From NCBI GenBank assembly GCA_963775685.1, contig CAVZJV010000014.1, positions 480,001 to 544,000 on the forward strand: DNA of 64,000 nucleotides, in the 5' to 3' direction. The notes below the pieces were generated by a model, which saw nothing but the letters and a program-made list of their open reading frames with translations, was not told where the DNA came from and ran no database searches. The stretch comes from Candidatus Bathyarchaeota archaeon. GTDB lineage: Archaea > Thermoproteota > Bathyarchaeia > Bathyarchaeales > Bathycorpusculaceae. The translations under genes were made by a program, and so were the position numbers. Every line of letters begins with the position of its first letter. Position 1 is the stretch's first letter. This document shows, piece by piece, positions 28,191 through 41,515 of this stretch.

Positions 28191-29792
28191 TTATCCAAGG
28201 AATGTAAGTATCAAGATTCTTCGAGGGTTTGCGCCAAATGTAGCTTCTTGAGTTATTTGGCTAAAGTTGCCTGAGGCATAGAGTTGTTCGTAAATGTGCT
28301 GCAGGTTCAGGGTTGTGTTGTAATAAGGTATGGTGCCTCCTTGTTCGTAGGTAAAGAGGAATTTAACGTTGTACTGATCGCACTGACGGATTAGTTCAGT
28401 AAGGTTGAAGGTGGGTGTGTAGGTGTCAACGGGCAAGGCGGGGTACTGATGGGTTTGGATTTGGTTATTTCCATTTTTGGCGAGATAGAAGGTTATCATA
28501 TCTTGACTAAAGAAATTGAATGGCGAGAGGACCATAATTGATTGGTTGTTCTGCATATGGCTTAGAGCGTAGATTGTAGCGGGTTCCAATTCTATTCGGA
28601 TATTATAAAATGTTGTTAGGGAGTAGCTGTCATATATGCTATAAGCCACCGCTCCAGCAGTCACCGCAATCAACACACCAGCGACAATCTTTGCGTTCTG
28701 CCTCTTGTTTGCACCCACCCGCCTCTTCCAGCTATCCACTTTACCGAACACAAACAGAATCAACACTGCGGCGGAAATCGCCAACGTAGGAAACAGCGCC
28801 ATCACATACCGCCACTCCTTGTTTGTTATGAGCGAGAAAAAGACCAAGATGCTTAGGAACCATATGAAGGTAAACTTGTCACTTTTGCAGTGTCTCCACA
28901 CAAGAAAACCTAAACCGGCTAACCCAAAGATATAGAGAAAAAGCGAAATGGGGTGGACACTGTTGTAGGGCCAAACTACATCTATTAGGTAGAACACAGG
29001 TGAGGGATATCGGTCGCTATATACTGATTTTTCTGGGTTGCCGACTTGCAGAGCGTACAACCATTGGCTGAATACCTTAGATGCATACACTTGATAGGCA
29101 GCGACTACCCATGGAACTACCACTAAAACTGTCGCAAAAACCAGAACGGCAAACCTTGAAAACACCCGTTTAAGCTGTCCCCTAGCCAAAACCAGTAGAC
29201 TTACAACCATAATCACAACGGCAACGACAGCTTGGTATTTAGCTAAAAATCCCAAACCTACAGCTACACCAGCCAAAACCAAGTATTTGTCTTGCCTATA
29301 ATTTAGCCAACGGAAAAAGAAGAGAAGCGCCAAAATAACAAAGAACAGAAGCATCGTTTCCAACAAAGCCATGCGGCTGAGCCAAAAGTAACCAGGCATA
29401 ATCCCCAGCAAAACGACCGAGAGGAAAGCAGTTTTACCGTTATACATGTTATATGCGAGCTCAAAAACTGCCCCGAGAGAAAGAACCGAGAAAACCGCTG
29501 AAACCAGACGCGCCGAAAACAGGCTTGTGCCAAAGGCTTGGAAAGATATGGCGGTTGCTATGTCGTAGAGGGGAGGATAGAAGGCGTTGGATACGTATTT
29601 GGTGTAGAGTCCCGCGTTTAAGGTTAAACTACCGTTGAGGTGAACCACTTCATCCCATTGCAACGGCATGTTGGTCAAGTTCAGAAGGAGAACCACGGCG
29701 TATGATAGAGAAAAAAATAGAAACCCCACTCGCCAAATGGTAAAGGATGCCCTAAATTTCAGTAGCAATTGTGAATTTGACGGGTCAATCAT
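28191..29792 (-). CDS. GT-C glycosyltransferase family 39 (PMT/ArnT-like)
   Basis: WDE, YPPLY, ARLVS, FLAKY, KEWRY; many TM helices. Confidence 0.9.
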   Translation of the reverse strand: MIDPSNSQLLLKFRASFTIWRVGFLFFSLSYAVVLLLNLTNMPLQWDEVVHLNGSLTLNAGLYTKYVSNAFYPPLYDIATAISFQAFGTSLFSARLVSAVFSVLSLGAVFELAYNMYNGKTAFLSVVLLGIMPGYFWLSRMALLETMLLFFVILALLFFFRWLNYRQDKYLVLAGVAVGLGFLAKYQAVVAVVIMVVSLLVLARGQLKRVFSRFAVLVFATVLVVVPWVVAAYQVYASKVFSQWLYALQVGNPEKSVYSDRYPSPVFYLIDVVWPYNSVHPISLFLYIFGLAGLGFLVWRHCKSDKFTFIWFLSILVFFSLITNKEWRYVMALFPTLAISAAVLILFVFGKVDSWKRRVGANKRQNAKIVAGVLIAVTAGAVAYSIYDSYSLTTFYNIRIELEPATIYALSHMQNNQSIMVLSPFNFFSQDMITFYLAKNGNNQIQTHQYPALPVDTYTPTFNLTELIRQCDQYNVKFLFTYEQGGTIPYYNTTLNLQHIYEQLYASGNFSQITQEATFGANPRRILILTFLG

Positions 29793-29909
29793 TTTCTCAT
29801 CAATCTAAAAGCGTTTGCTCCTATTGCATGTTAGGGGATATAAAACCTTCCAAGCTCAGAGTCTTATCCAGGGCGCTTTTAGAAACGCTAAAATTCCCCA
29901 TAACACCAC

Positions 29910-30974
29910 TTGTTTTGTATGCCGTATAATGAACTAAGAAAAGATTACTTGCTTGACCGATGGGTAATAATCGCGACAGAACGAAGCCGCCGACCCATCG
30001 ACCTCGCAAAACCCAAGCCGGAAACTGCTAAAACAACGGTTTGCCCGATGTGCCTTGGCAATGAAAACATGACGCCGCCAGCTATAATGCTTTATCAAAA
30101 AGAGAATGGCGAAATAAAACGTAGCCAAGATCAACTGACGGGGGAAAGAACAAAAAACTGGCTTGTTCGAGTTATTCCAAACCTCTATCCAGCGTTTAGC
30201 CCCCCCAAACACCCCCAGGATGAAAAACAAATCATAAAAAACGATTATTTGTGGAACGCAATAGGTCATCACGAAGTCATCGTTGAATCCCCCAACCATA
30301 ACGAAGACCCCGCTGAAACCGAGTTGCCTCAACTTGAACTGGTCATAAACGCCTACATCGACCGGTTAAAAGAGTTAAGCACCAAACCATACGTAAAGTA
30401 TGTTTCGATTTTCCGCAATTATGGCTTGGAAGCTGGAGCATCGCTATCTCATACCCACAGCCAAATCATCGCAACTCCGATGGTTCCCACAACAGTGCGA
30501 GAAGAGCAAAAAGCCTGCAAAACATTCTACGATAACCACGGCAAATGCTTGTTCTGCGACATCCTTGATGGAGAAGTGAAGGGGCCACGGCTTGTTTCTG
30601 AGGATGAGGCATTTGTGGTTTTAGCGCCTTACGCGAGCATTAACCCCATGGAATTCTGGATAATTCCCAAAAGACACGCCTCAAACATCCTAAACCTTTC
30701 AGCGGCAGAAATTGCGGCATTTGCTAAAACCCTAAAAACCAGCCTTAAAGCCCTAAAAGATATAGTAAAAGACCCCCCATACAACTACGGCATCCACCTA
30801 TCTGTAAACCAAGAAGACAAAGAAAGCTACCACTGGCACATAGAAGTTTACCCGAAACTCTCCACTTGGGCAGGCTTTGAGAAGAGCACAGGAGTCTACA
30901 TCAACACGGTCACACCAGAAAACGCTGCGGAGAGCTTAAGAAAAACACTAAAACCTATAGCCCCAATTCATTAG
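29910..30974 (+). CDS. galT: Galactose-1-phosphate uridylyltransferase (GalT/ADP-glucose phosphorylase-like)
   Basis: ELRKD, CPMC, NLYPA, GASLSHTHSQ, AGFEKSTG. Confidence 0.9.
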   Translation: MFCMPYNELRKDYLLDRWVIIATERSRRPIDLAKPKPETAKTTVCPMCLGNENMTPPAIMLYQKENGEIKRSQDQLTGERTKNWLVRVIPNLYPAFSPPKHPQDEKQIIKNDYLWNAIGHHEVIVESPNHNEDPAETELPQLELVINAYIDRLKELSTKPYVKYVSIFRNYGLEAGASLSHTHSQIIATPMVPTTVREEQKACKTFYDNHGKCLFCDILDGEVKGPRLVSEDEAFVVLAPYASINPMEFWIIPKRHASNILNLSAAEIAAFAKTLKTSLKALKDIVKDPPYNYGIHLSVNQEDKESYHWHIEVYPKLSTWAGFEKSTGVYINTVTPENAAESLRKTLKPIAPIH

Positions 30975-31174
30975 CTCTTTTTTGTTTAAGATAAGCTTAG
31001 TCAAGAAACCTGCGCCAAAACCACCTAACTGGAAGAGACGAATAACTCGTGGGGCAACATAGGTTTACAAACATTTAGTTGAAGTTTCAGCGCCAGAAAA
31101 TTTCCTTCCACAATAGGCGACGCTATTTTTGTCGTTTCAGTATTTGCAATCAATGCGGGATTTGGTTGTTTATC

Positions 31175-33253
31175 TTAAAAAACGGCACCATTAACCAGTC
31201 GCCCGAACCGAGGTTTAATCTGCAAAATATCTTCCACGTAAGCGCGCAATGGCTCAGCAACGCTCCATGCTTGGGAAATGCAGCCGCGGGGTTCGTTTGG
31301 TGGGTCGCAGTCGTAGATTTCGTTTATGGTTCCTAAACCACCTTGGTGAATTCCTGTGGAAAAAAGGGGCAGAACTAAATTTTCTAGTGTTTGTTGTCTT
31401 GCCTGTGCCGTGTATTCGTTGACTTTTAGATACGCCGTAACGTAGGGACCAAGTAGCCAAGGCCAAATTGTGCCGTTATGGTAAGCCATGTCCCTGCTTC
31501 GACTGTCACCTGAGCATTTGCCGACAAACTTGGGGTCGCTTACTGACAAAGTCTTCAACCCATAAGGCGTCACAAGCTCACGGTTCACAGTTTCCACTAC
31601 TTTCTGCATTTTACCGTTGTCAAGCATGGTGTAATCCAAGGAAACTGCGAATATTTGGTTGGGACGAATGGAAGCGTCAGGAGCTCTATCGACGACGTCG
31701 AAAAGGCAGTTTTCTTTCGAGTTCCAGAATTTCTCGTTAAAGTTTTGCCGGGTCTGGTTTGCCATTGAATCATATTTTTCAGCCAAAGAAGAGTCCTCTA
31801 ATTTGTTGGCAAGTACCTCCATTATACGCAGAGTGTTGTACCATAGGGCTTGGATTTCCACGGCTTTACCTGTTCGCGGCGTAATCACATCGTTTCCAAC
31901 AGCGGCATCCATCCAAGTAAGCCTTGGACCGTGCATAAGCAAACCGTCATCGTCCACGTGAATGCCAAACAAGGTGCCTTTTTTATGGGTCTCAACTATA
32001 TCCTGCAGTTTCTCCCACAGCTTATCTTTAATAAATACAAAGTCGCCAGTGTATTTGACGTATTGTAGTACAGCATTAACATACCATAAAGTGGCGTCGA
32101 CGGTGTCGTATACTGGGATGCCCGATTTGTCGGAGACAACATTGGGAATCAACCCGCTCTTGCAATACACCATAAAAGCTTGCAAAATGTCTTTAGCGTC
32201 TCTGTATCTGCCAGTTGATAGCAGAAGCCCCGGCAGCGAAATGAAGGTGTCTCTGCCCCACGGTTCAAACCAATGGTACCCTGCGATAACTGCTTTTCTG
32301 CATGCAGTGTTTTGAACTATAAAAGAGTCGGCGGCAAGCAAAATCCAGTTAAGCCAGTCACTCATAGGCACACCAGGATGATCGCGATGAAAATCCGACA
32401 ACAACTCAGTTTTTTGATTCTTCTCCCGGTCAAGTGATGCCTTAACCTCTTGGATTGTGCCGCCAACATACCCCAAAATATCTTCTGTTTCTTGGCTTTC
32501 ATGACCAACGGCGCATGTGACCGACACCTCTTTTTCCGTGCCAGCGGGTACTATCAACTCAAAAATTCCAGGCTGGAAACAGTCATCAACGTCAGATTCA
32601 CCCCGCATCAACTCGTCGCGGTAGTGTATGTGGGTTAACCAGTTTATGCCTTGTTTAAATTCTCCATCGGTTATACGACAAAGAACTGCGGCTTGGGGAC
32701 GCTGGAAAAATGCTTGGAACTGCGAGCCCGCGCTATCCAAAGTAAAATTCAATGGAACATGGGCTTGATAAACTACTGTATGATAATATCTGCAGGTTAA
32801 AAGTGGATAAATCCTAACAGTTGTATCAGATTTGTGTTTGTTTGTTATTTTGTATATTATAGCGACAGCATTTTTGTGGGTTGGCATAAAAATTGTTTTT
32901 GATACCTGCACGGTGCCCAAGTCATAAGTATAGGTAGGGAAAGGATCGATTTTAAACTGCCCAATTAACTTGTAGCCATTGGGATAAATAACATCATGGA
33001 ACTCGTTAGCGCCTAAACGATGAACATCATCACCCACTAAAATATCTTCATCGAGTTTGGAAAGGCAAACCGTGCGGTTTCCAGGCGGATCCAACGCAGC
33101 AACCAGCAAACCATGATACTTACGCGTATTAATTCCCTGCAAAGACGAAGAAGCATAACTGCCTAACCCGTTTGTTACCAACCACTCTTTCTCTATGAGG
33201 TTGCTAAAACGAGAAAAAGATTCTTTCTGAAAAATTATGGCGGGTAATTTCAT
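31175..33253 (-). CDS. Glycogen debranching enzyme (archaeal amylo-alpha-1,6-glucosidase)
   Basis: EWLVTNGLGSYAS, AGYHWFEPWGRDT, LTWMDA, YHNGTIWPW, QAWSVAE. Confidence 0.95.
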   Translation of the reverse strand: MKLPAIIFQKESFSRFSNLIEKEWLVTNGLGSYASSSLQGINTRKYHGLLVAALDPPGNRTVCLSKLDEDILVGDDVHRLGANEFHDVIYPNGYKLIGQFKIDPFPTYTYDLGTVQVSKTIFMPTHKNAVAIIYKITNKHKSDTTVRIYPLLTCRYYHTVVYQAHVPLNFTLDSAGSQFQAFFQRPQAAVLCRITDGEFKQGINWLTHIHYRDELMRGESDVDDCFQPGIFELIVPAGTEKEVSVTCAVGHESQETEDILGYVGGTIQEVKASLDREKNQKTELLSDFHRDHPGVPMSDWLNWILLAADSFIVQNTACRKAVIAGYHWFEPWGRDTFISLPGLLLSTGRYRDAKDILQAFMVYCKSGLIPNVVSDKSGIPVYDTVDATLWYVNAVLQYVKYTGDFVFIKDKLWEKLQDIVETHKKGTLFGIHVDDDGLLMHGPRLTWMDAAVGNDVITPRTGKAVEIQALWYNTLRIMEVLANKLEDSSLAEKYDSMANQTRQNFNEKFWNSKENCLFDVVDRAPDASIRPNQIFAVSLDYTMLDNGKMQKVVETVNRELVTPYGLKTLSVSDPKFVGKCSGDSRSRDMAYHNGTIWPWLLGPYVTAYLKVNEYTAQARQQTLENLVLPLFSTGIHQGGLGTINEIYDCDPPNEPRGCISQAWSVAEPLRAYVEDILQIKPRFGRLVNGAVF

Positions 33254-33254
33254 T

Positions 33255-35401
<2,147 letters not shown>

Positions 35402-35405
<4 letters not shown>

Positions 35406-36610
35406 CGTAAGTAGAAGGCAGATTCCGTACCGAAATCGCTAAGCGGCGGCATTTTGAACATGAACAAGTGCTTATCGTCTACAACCATCATGGTCAAGTA
35501 GCTAATTGGAACATGTTTAACTTCATAGTTTCTTGCCAGTTTTTGTGCAGGTTCAAGATTATCCAAGTCGATAGATGCCATTATGCGGGTTTTTAGCCCT
35601 TTTTTGAAGTATTTAATTATAGAATCATCTTGGGCAAGTCGGTTGATGCTCTGGGAAGAAGTGATAACTACGATGTCTTTTTTTGCTGAATCAAGAATTT
35701 TGGTAACCTTGTTCAATGCCTCTTCCACGTCTTTGATAACTACCGTTTCGCCAATGGGTACGCCGCTTTTCAACTCTTCTATTCGTCTTGAAACGTCTAA
35801 GCCACTATACCACATCTGCACAAAGAACGCTTTCAAAACTGAAATGAACATTTTGTCGTTTATCCATAAGCCTTCATCTTCAAGATTAAGTACTGAAGTT
35901 TCGTTACCGAAGGGTGCATAAAGGATAGCTTCTTCCCCGTCCTTGATTAAGAAGCGTGGAAAAAACTTGGAGGTCATGTTGACGTGGCGAATTTTAATGT
36001 TAAGTTTGTCCTCTGCAATGTTGCAGTCAATTCTCTCTACAACTTTGAGGTTTTCTGGGACAATTTCAGTGATAATTTGGGTTTGCACCTTACTATCTTC
36101 AGAGGGACTAAGAACAGCGTCGAAGATTCCGGCAATGTCTTCTTGAATTAATCCCAACGCAGTTGTTAAAACTGTTACTTCAGATTTTGATTCCTCAATC
36201 ATGTTTAGCATTTTTGAATGTATTTTTTTCTTGCCTGTTATAATTGAAAATTTAGCGACGGGGTATTCGGATTCGGGTGCACTAATCGATTGCCAAGCAG
36301 TGAGCAGATTCTGTTTCTGGTCGTTGAGGTTGACGACTTCGTTCTTTTTTGCGTTAATAAAATTGTCAACTAAGGCTTCAAAGGGAACAATAGTGAATCT
36401 GGTGGGCCGCTCGAGGGTCGCTTCGATAAAGCCCTTTTCCTGTAGCTTCTTGAATGTACGGTAAGCTTGGACTCGTTCCATCTTAAGGCGTTTGGCCACA
36501 AAGCTTGTAGATTGGACACCGCTTTTGGCAAGAAACATGTAAACTTGAATTTCTCTCTTTGATAAGCCGAGAATTTGCAGGAATTTCATTACATCTTTTT
36601 CACTCATCAA
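35402..36610 (-). CDS. TrmB family transcriptional regulator (wHTH plus two effector domains)
   Basis: LGLSKREIQVY...YRTFKKLQEKGFI...RPTRF; two PLD-like effector repeats. Confidence 0.9.
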
Positions 36611-36697
36611 GTTACCGCCATAAAACCCTTATTTAGTAGTAAAGTACGTTGTCCATGTTTATATATTGTATCTTTTTAGACACAACAAAACACAATA

Positions 36698-37360
36698 TTA
36701 AACCAACTTCGTCTGCACTGAATCATGCTCACTTTTAGCTCTCCTTGCAGGCTCCCAAGACTTCCGTACGCAACTAGGGTAATCGCCATCTCGATCTAGC
36801 AGCCGCTTCAAAAAAGCCATTGTTTTCTCGTCCGTTAAGTATCCGGTTCCGAAGTCACCATACTTTGAGGTTAACTTGGCGATTTCCCGGTCCCGCTCAA
36901 CTTTAGCTATAATTGATGCTGCAGAAACAACAGGATATGTTCGGTCAGCTTTGTGTTCAGCAAAAATTTTTATTTTGATTTTAAGGCACTCTTTTATATG
37001 GTTGCCGAAGCGTTCTTCTAGCACATCTGCGGCGTCGACATATGCCTCGTCGGGTTTTAGGGCTTGGATTATTTTTGCCATGGTTTGGGCTTCGAGACGG
37101 TTCAGTTTGTGCAGTCTTCGTTCGCTTCGCACCACCTTGTCGATTTGAGGAGGCGGAACCTTGATGACTTGGTGTTTTTGGGCTATCTTGAGAATATCAG
37201 GATACAAGGCCTCGCGTTTCTTAGCGGTTAAAAGTTTTGAATCTTTGACACCCAGTTCAGCTAGCAACTGCAGGTTCTCAGTTTGTACTGCGACACCAGC
37301 AACCACTAAAGGACCGATAACGCATCCTCTCCCCGCTTCGTCCACGCCAGCAACCAACAT
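36698..37360 (-). CDS. rnhB: Ribonuclease HII
   Basis: GVDEAGRG, DSK, VDAAD, SAASIIAKV. Confidence 0.97.
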   Translation of the reverse strand: MLVAGVDEAGRGCVIGPLVVAGVAVQTENLQLLAELGVKDSKLLTAKKREALYPDILKIAQKHQVIKVPPPQIDKVVRSERRLHKLNRLEAQTMAKIIQALKPDEAYVDAADVLEERFGNHIKECLKIKIKIFAEHKADRTYPVVSAASIIAKVERDREIAKLTSKYGDFGTGYLTDEKTMAFLKRLLDRDGDYPSCVRKSWEPARRAKSEHDSVQTKLV

Positions 37361-37468
37361 CAGATGTTTTCAGCCTAACCAGTGAATTGTTTGGATTCTA
37401 GTCTATATTGCTTTTCCAAAAAACCGATCTCAAGAAAAAGAAGAAAAAAGGAAAAATATTTTTAAACC

Positions 37469-37906
37469 TTACTTAAAGTTGAGTTCAAAACTTATCGGGA
37501 CAGCCTCGCCCCATGACTGCCGAATCGGGCAAATCTTCTGTGCCATCGCATACACAGTGGATGCCTTTTTGCGTTCCCGTTCATTATCGTTCTCCAAAGC
37601 TACGTTCATGTTGAAGTGTACGTTTGTGAAAATCAGTTTCTCCATTCCTTCCACGTTCATTTTTACGTTTGCGATTGTTTCTAGGTTTTTGAGTTCTAAC
37701 TGGCTATTTTTTGCAATCAACAAAAACAGGGTATTGATGCAAGAAGCTAATGCAGCGGCGAATATATCCTCGGGCACACAGTATCCTTCTTTTCCTCCAA
37801 ACGAGGGCGGTGGGCTAACGGTGATGATTTTTTTGCCTTTGATTGAGAGTTCGCATTCGGTTGAGCCTTTCCATGTGGCGGTTCCTTCAAAATTCATTTC
37901 AGGCAT
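37469..37906 (-). CDS. OsmC/Ohr family protein
   Basis: PPSFGG, PEDIFAAALASC, KICPI. Confidence 0.92.
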   Translation of the reverse strand: MPEMNFEGTATWKGSTECELSIKGKKIITVSPPPSFGGKEGYCVPEDIFAAALASCINTLFLLIAKNSQLELKNLETIANVKMNVEGMEKLIFTNVHFNMNVALENDNERERKKASTVYAMAQKICPIRQSWGEAVPISFELNFK

Positions 37907-38050
37907 TATTATTCATCCTTTTCCATAGATATTCTGTTATTAGAATATGTTAACTTGTTAACTTATTTATGCCTTTTCTATTTTGAACATTAATCTTCAG
38001 GGTCTTAGATCAAAACGTTCTCCGTTTAAAAGCTGTTTTTTATTTTTGCC

Positions 38051-38438
38051 TCAATTGAAACGCAAAGTTTTTTGAAAGGCTTGTCGTCTCCCAAGAGAGT
38101 CAATTAGCAGATCTCTTACGATATCGCAAGCTGTATTTATTTTTGGGTTAGCAACACTGTAGTATATGTTGGATCCCTGTTTTTTAGTCGTCAAAATCTG
38201 TGCTTGCTGCATTATAGAGAGGTGCTGAGAAACATTCGACTGTCTTAACCCGAGGATATCTGTAAGTCCCCCAAACACACTTTTCCGAGCGCATCAGTAT
38301 TTCACCAACAGATTTTTCGCCTTCTCTTAAGACGCGAAGTATCCTCAGTCTTGTAGAGTTAGCTACTGTCTTGCGTATTTCAACCTGCATCCCGAAGACA
38401 TCGAAGCTGCTCTGGGCTTTTTCCATCGTCATCTCCAC
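38051..38438 (-). pseudogene. ArsR/SmtB regulator disrupted by an internal duplication and frameshift
   Basis: ANSTRLRILRVLREGEKSVGEI in one frame; LGLRQSNVSQHL...GSNIYY in another. Confidence 0.8.
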
Positions 38439-38603
38439 ATATTCGAATATTCTAAAAGAGTAAATGGTACTTTTATCGTTTACTTGTAACCCAAAAACCT
38501 TTTTGGTTTAAAAGGCGCCACAGGCGCCTTCTTAGATTGATCCCAACAAGCTGTGTGGGAGGCTCATAGTCTTTTTCTCGAAGCCATCAATGTCGCATAG
38601 AAA

Positions 38604-39344
38604 TTAAAGATGCTGCGCCACTATCATAGCATGGGCTTTATCATACGGTTCCAGCTCCACAACTTCTTTAACGTCAAACCCTCTGTTTCTCAAAACATTG
38701 GCTTCCTGCCGATAAACCGCACTGGGATCCATGGTAACATCAATGCTCTGAGACTTGCATGCCAGCATAACCCAGCCATTTGGCTTAAGGAAAACATCTG
38801 CATTATCAGCTAGCAACTTTGCCTGTTTAGGCTGCGCTACATCGCAGTAAATCGTGTCAACTTTGCCTGAGATAAACATTGCATATCGCTCGGGTAGGCG
38901 TGCGTCTTCCAGCATAGGCGAAATGTTGTTTCGATAAGCCGCCACATTGTTAACTAAATCCCTAATTGAGCGCTGGGCAAACTCAACGCAGTAGACATAT
39001 CCGCTGTCACCAACTATGTCTGACACATGACTGGGAGTAGTCCCTGACGCAGCACCCAAATACAGCACTTTAAAACCTGGTTCTATGGGTACGTTTTGTA
39101 ATCCTTTGATTATTGCTCCGGCGAGCTTGCTGCGGAAAGCATCCCAAACACGATATTCAACATATTTAAATTTGAAAAGCCGTTCGCCATAAACCTTCAA
39201 ACCAGGGGTAAGATTGCGGGTGGCTAAGCGTTGTGCACCATCTTCAAGCATAACCTGGTAGATTTCTTTGAAATTGGGGTGCGGTTTAACTTTGAGGTGC
39301 ACTTCTGTCTGGTCCCCGGTTTTGACCGCCGCCGCTTCCGCCAT
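38604..39344 (-). CDS. flpA: Fibrillarin-like rRNA/tRNA 2'-O-methyltransferase (start may be nearer 39302)
   Basis: VYGE, RSKL, VLYLGAASGTTPSHVSD, DVAQP, EPYDKAH. Confidence 0.97.
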   Translation of the reverse strand: MAEAAAVKTGDQTEVHLKVKPHPNFKEIYQVMLEDGAQRLATRNLTPGLKVYGERLFKFKYVEYRVWDAFRSKLAGAIIKGLQNVPIEPGFKVLYLGAASGTTPSHVSDIVGDSGYVYCVEFAQRSIRDLVNNVAAYRNNISPMLEDARLPERYAMFISGKVDTIYCDVAQPKQAKLLADNADVFLKPNGWVMLACKSQSIDVTMDPSAVYRQEANVLRNRGFDVKEVVELEPYDKAHAMIVAQHL

Positions 39345-40713
39345 CCGCGTCGATCACGTCTATCTCGTCCGCCGCCGTAACTGAAATTGCGGCCTCCGCC
39401 TCCACCGCGCCACCTTGACGTGGTGGTCTTGGACCTCGGTCACCACCGCCAAAGTTTTTACCGCCACCTCTGAACCCGCCTCGATCATCTCTCCGTGGAG
39501 GACGATATTCGCGGCGTTCAAATGACCCTTCTGGTCTGGGTTTAGTTTCTTTTGGTGCTGGCGGTTCTTTGTATTTTTCGTGGATTTCCTCTATGCGTTT
39601 GTTAATGTCAGCTTTTAATTTGTCTCCGATATAGTGTCCTGCTCCGAAAGCGTCTGCTCTGGCTGCGATGGCTAGTTTGCCAGCGATGACTCTTGCGATT
39701 TTTCCTCGTTGCCATCTTTTCGCATCGTGGAGAAGGGTATGCTGAAAGATTAAGCCGTGTTTTGGTGGTCGAGCTCCTGTTTTTAGGCTGCGAAAAAGGG
39801 CTTTTTCTGCGCCTATGACTTGGATGGTGCTTGCTGGTCTCATGGCAAGGTTCTTTAGGCTTCCAGCCATAGCGATTAAACGTGCGCCTAGGAGTGCGCC
39901 TGCAACTGCGCGGACGTTAGGTGCCAGTTCCTCCATAGTGTGGTCAACGTAATCTTCCATATTCTTGCGTAACAGATAGAAGCCAAGCACGTCCTTGGCT
40001 AAGTCTTGTATCATCTCAAGGTCGGCTTCTGCGATGTCTGCGCCCATGGATGATTCGGCCGCTTTGGCAGCAAGCTGGCTTCGTTCTTTTGGAATGTTCT
40101 CATTTTCCAGATTGTCAACGGTAAAGTTTTCCCTATCGCCCAAATTCATAACAAGCCGTGAGTAAGTTTCATGTTTCTCGACTAGGCGATCAAGTTCAGG
40201 GAAGTAAACTCCATACCATTCACGGAGTCTGCCCATAAATAGGTTAACGGTTTGGTCTAAACTATCTAGCGTTTGGATGCTTTGAGCGACAATTAAATCC
40301 CGCTTTCCGGAGGCACCTTTAATCCTTAATTTTGCAAGTTCCAAGCTGACATTGCGGTTCCATGTGTTTAGTTCTTGTCCATCTTGGACAAAACCTGTTT
40401 CGATTGCAATCTCACTCACACGTGAGTGCAACACTGCGGTTTCTGCTGGCTTGGCAACTTCGACGGCGATTTTTAGCTTCTTTTGAGCTTCCTCTGCCAA
40501 TTTGCCGTTTTCAAAAACAAACGTGTCATAACCAACGCTTGCTAGAAGTGTGATTAGTGATGACACTTGGTCGGATATTTTTCCCGATTCGGTTTTGAGT
40601 AAGCTTTTTGCTGCCGCTTGTGTCTTTTTTGGAAACAGCGCTTTTTCTACTAAGCCATTGTTTTCGTCGAAAGCTGCTACGCCGAAGGGAAATTGAACTA
40701 TGAATAGTTTCAT
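39286..40713 (-). CDS. nop5: Box C/D RNP subunit Nop5 (Nop56/58) with an RGG-rich C-tail
   Basis: RLREWYGVYFPEL, PASTIQVIGAEKALF, PPKHGLIF, RGKIAR. Confidence 0.97.
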   Translation of the reverse strand: MKLFIVQFPFGVAAFDENNGLVEKALFPKKTQAAAKSLLKTESGKISDQVSSLITLLASVGYDTFVFENGKLAEEAQKKLKIAVEVAKPAETAVLHSRVSEIAIETGFVQDGQELNTWNRNVSLELAKLRIKGASGKRDLIVAQSIQTLDSLDQTVNLFMGRLREWYGVYFPELDRLVEKHETYSRLVMNLGDRENFTVDNLENENIPKERSQLAAKAAESSMGADIAEADLEMIQDLAKDVLGFYLLRKNMEDYVDHTMEELAPNVRAVAGALLGARLIAMAGSLKNLAMRPASTIQVIGAEKALFRSLKTGARPPKHGLIFQHTLLHDAKRWQRGKIARVIAGKLAIAARADAFGAGHYIGDKLKADINKRIEEIHEKYKEPPAPKETKPRPEGSFERREYRPPRRDDRGGFRGGGKNFGGGDRGPRPPRQGGAVEAEAAISVTAADEIDVIDADGGSGGGQNRGPDRSAPQS

Positions 40714-41515
40714 TTTATTGGCCCCGATAAACTATGTATTGTCACTGCATTGTCTTAATAAATAGTTTCGCTAACCTAAACCAAAAAGAACCGTTTTCTC
40801 CATGTTACGGCTCCAACACTTGTTACCCAAGGATACTGTACTTGAACATGTTCAGCTATGCAACTCGGCGGATTTGCCAAATGTTTGGACTTAAGGATAA
40901 TACAAAAATCTTCAAGTTCAACCAAAAAGGCTCAGCCTGAGTTTAGGGGTGAGCCCGTTCCGGCTTACTTCAATATGGGCCTAAGTTAGAGATAGTCAGG
41001 CTCGGAAATCGAATAAAATACTTAAATATTAAGAAAGCTGACTGTTTTATGGTGGGAAGTCCCTGAATAATAAAGCAAGTCAGGCATCATGAGCCTTTTT
41101 TTCTCTCGACCGATAAGAACCGAGTTATTGCCTTGAATTATATCAAGTCAAAAATGCTTAAAGCTTTTCTATATGTTACGATTCTTAATTAGATGACGAA
41201 CATAAGTGCGGTGAGTGTGCCTAGCATCGTTGAGTTCTTAGCAAGGGCTTTTTACTTTATCTGTATCAGCGCTGCAAAGTTTCGTAGAGCAAACGCAGAA
41301 TCTCTTGATCAACTTCATCTTCACAGAAACTCGTTCGGTAGGTGCCTGCTCAAAATCAAAAAACCTTGACGAGTAAAGATTGTGCATGACTCGTATCAAA
41401 TTAAGTGAGTAGTTCCGAACCCGGTTTGGGTCTGAGACCCGCGGTCCCCCAATATTGTGATTTAGCCGTACTTAGCGCTAACATAATGTCTGCTTGAATT
41501 CGGCATAATGGGCAT

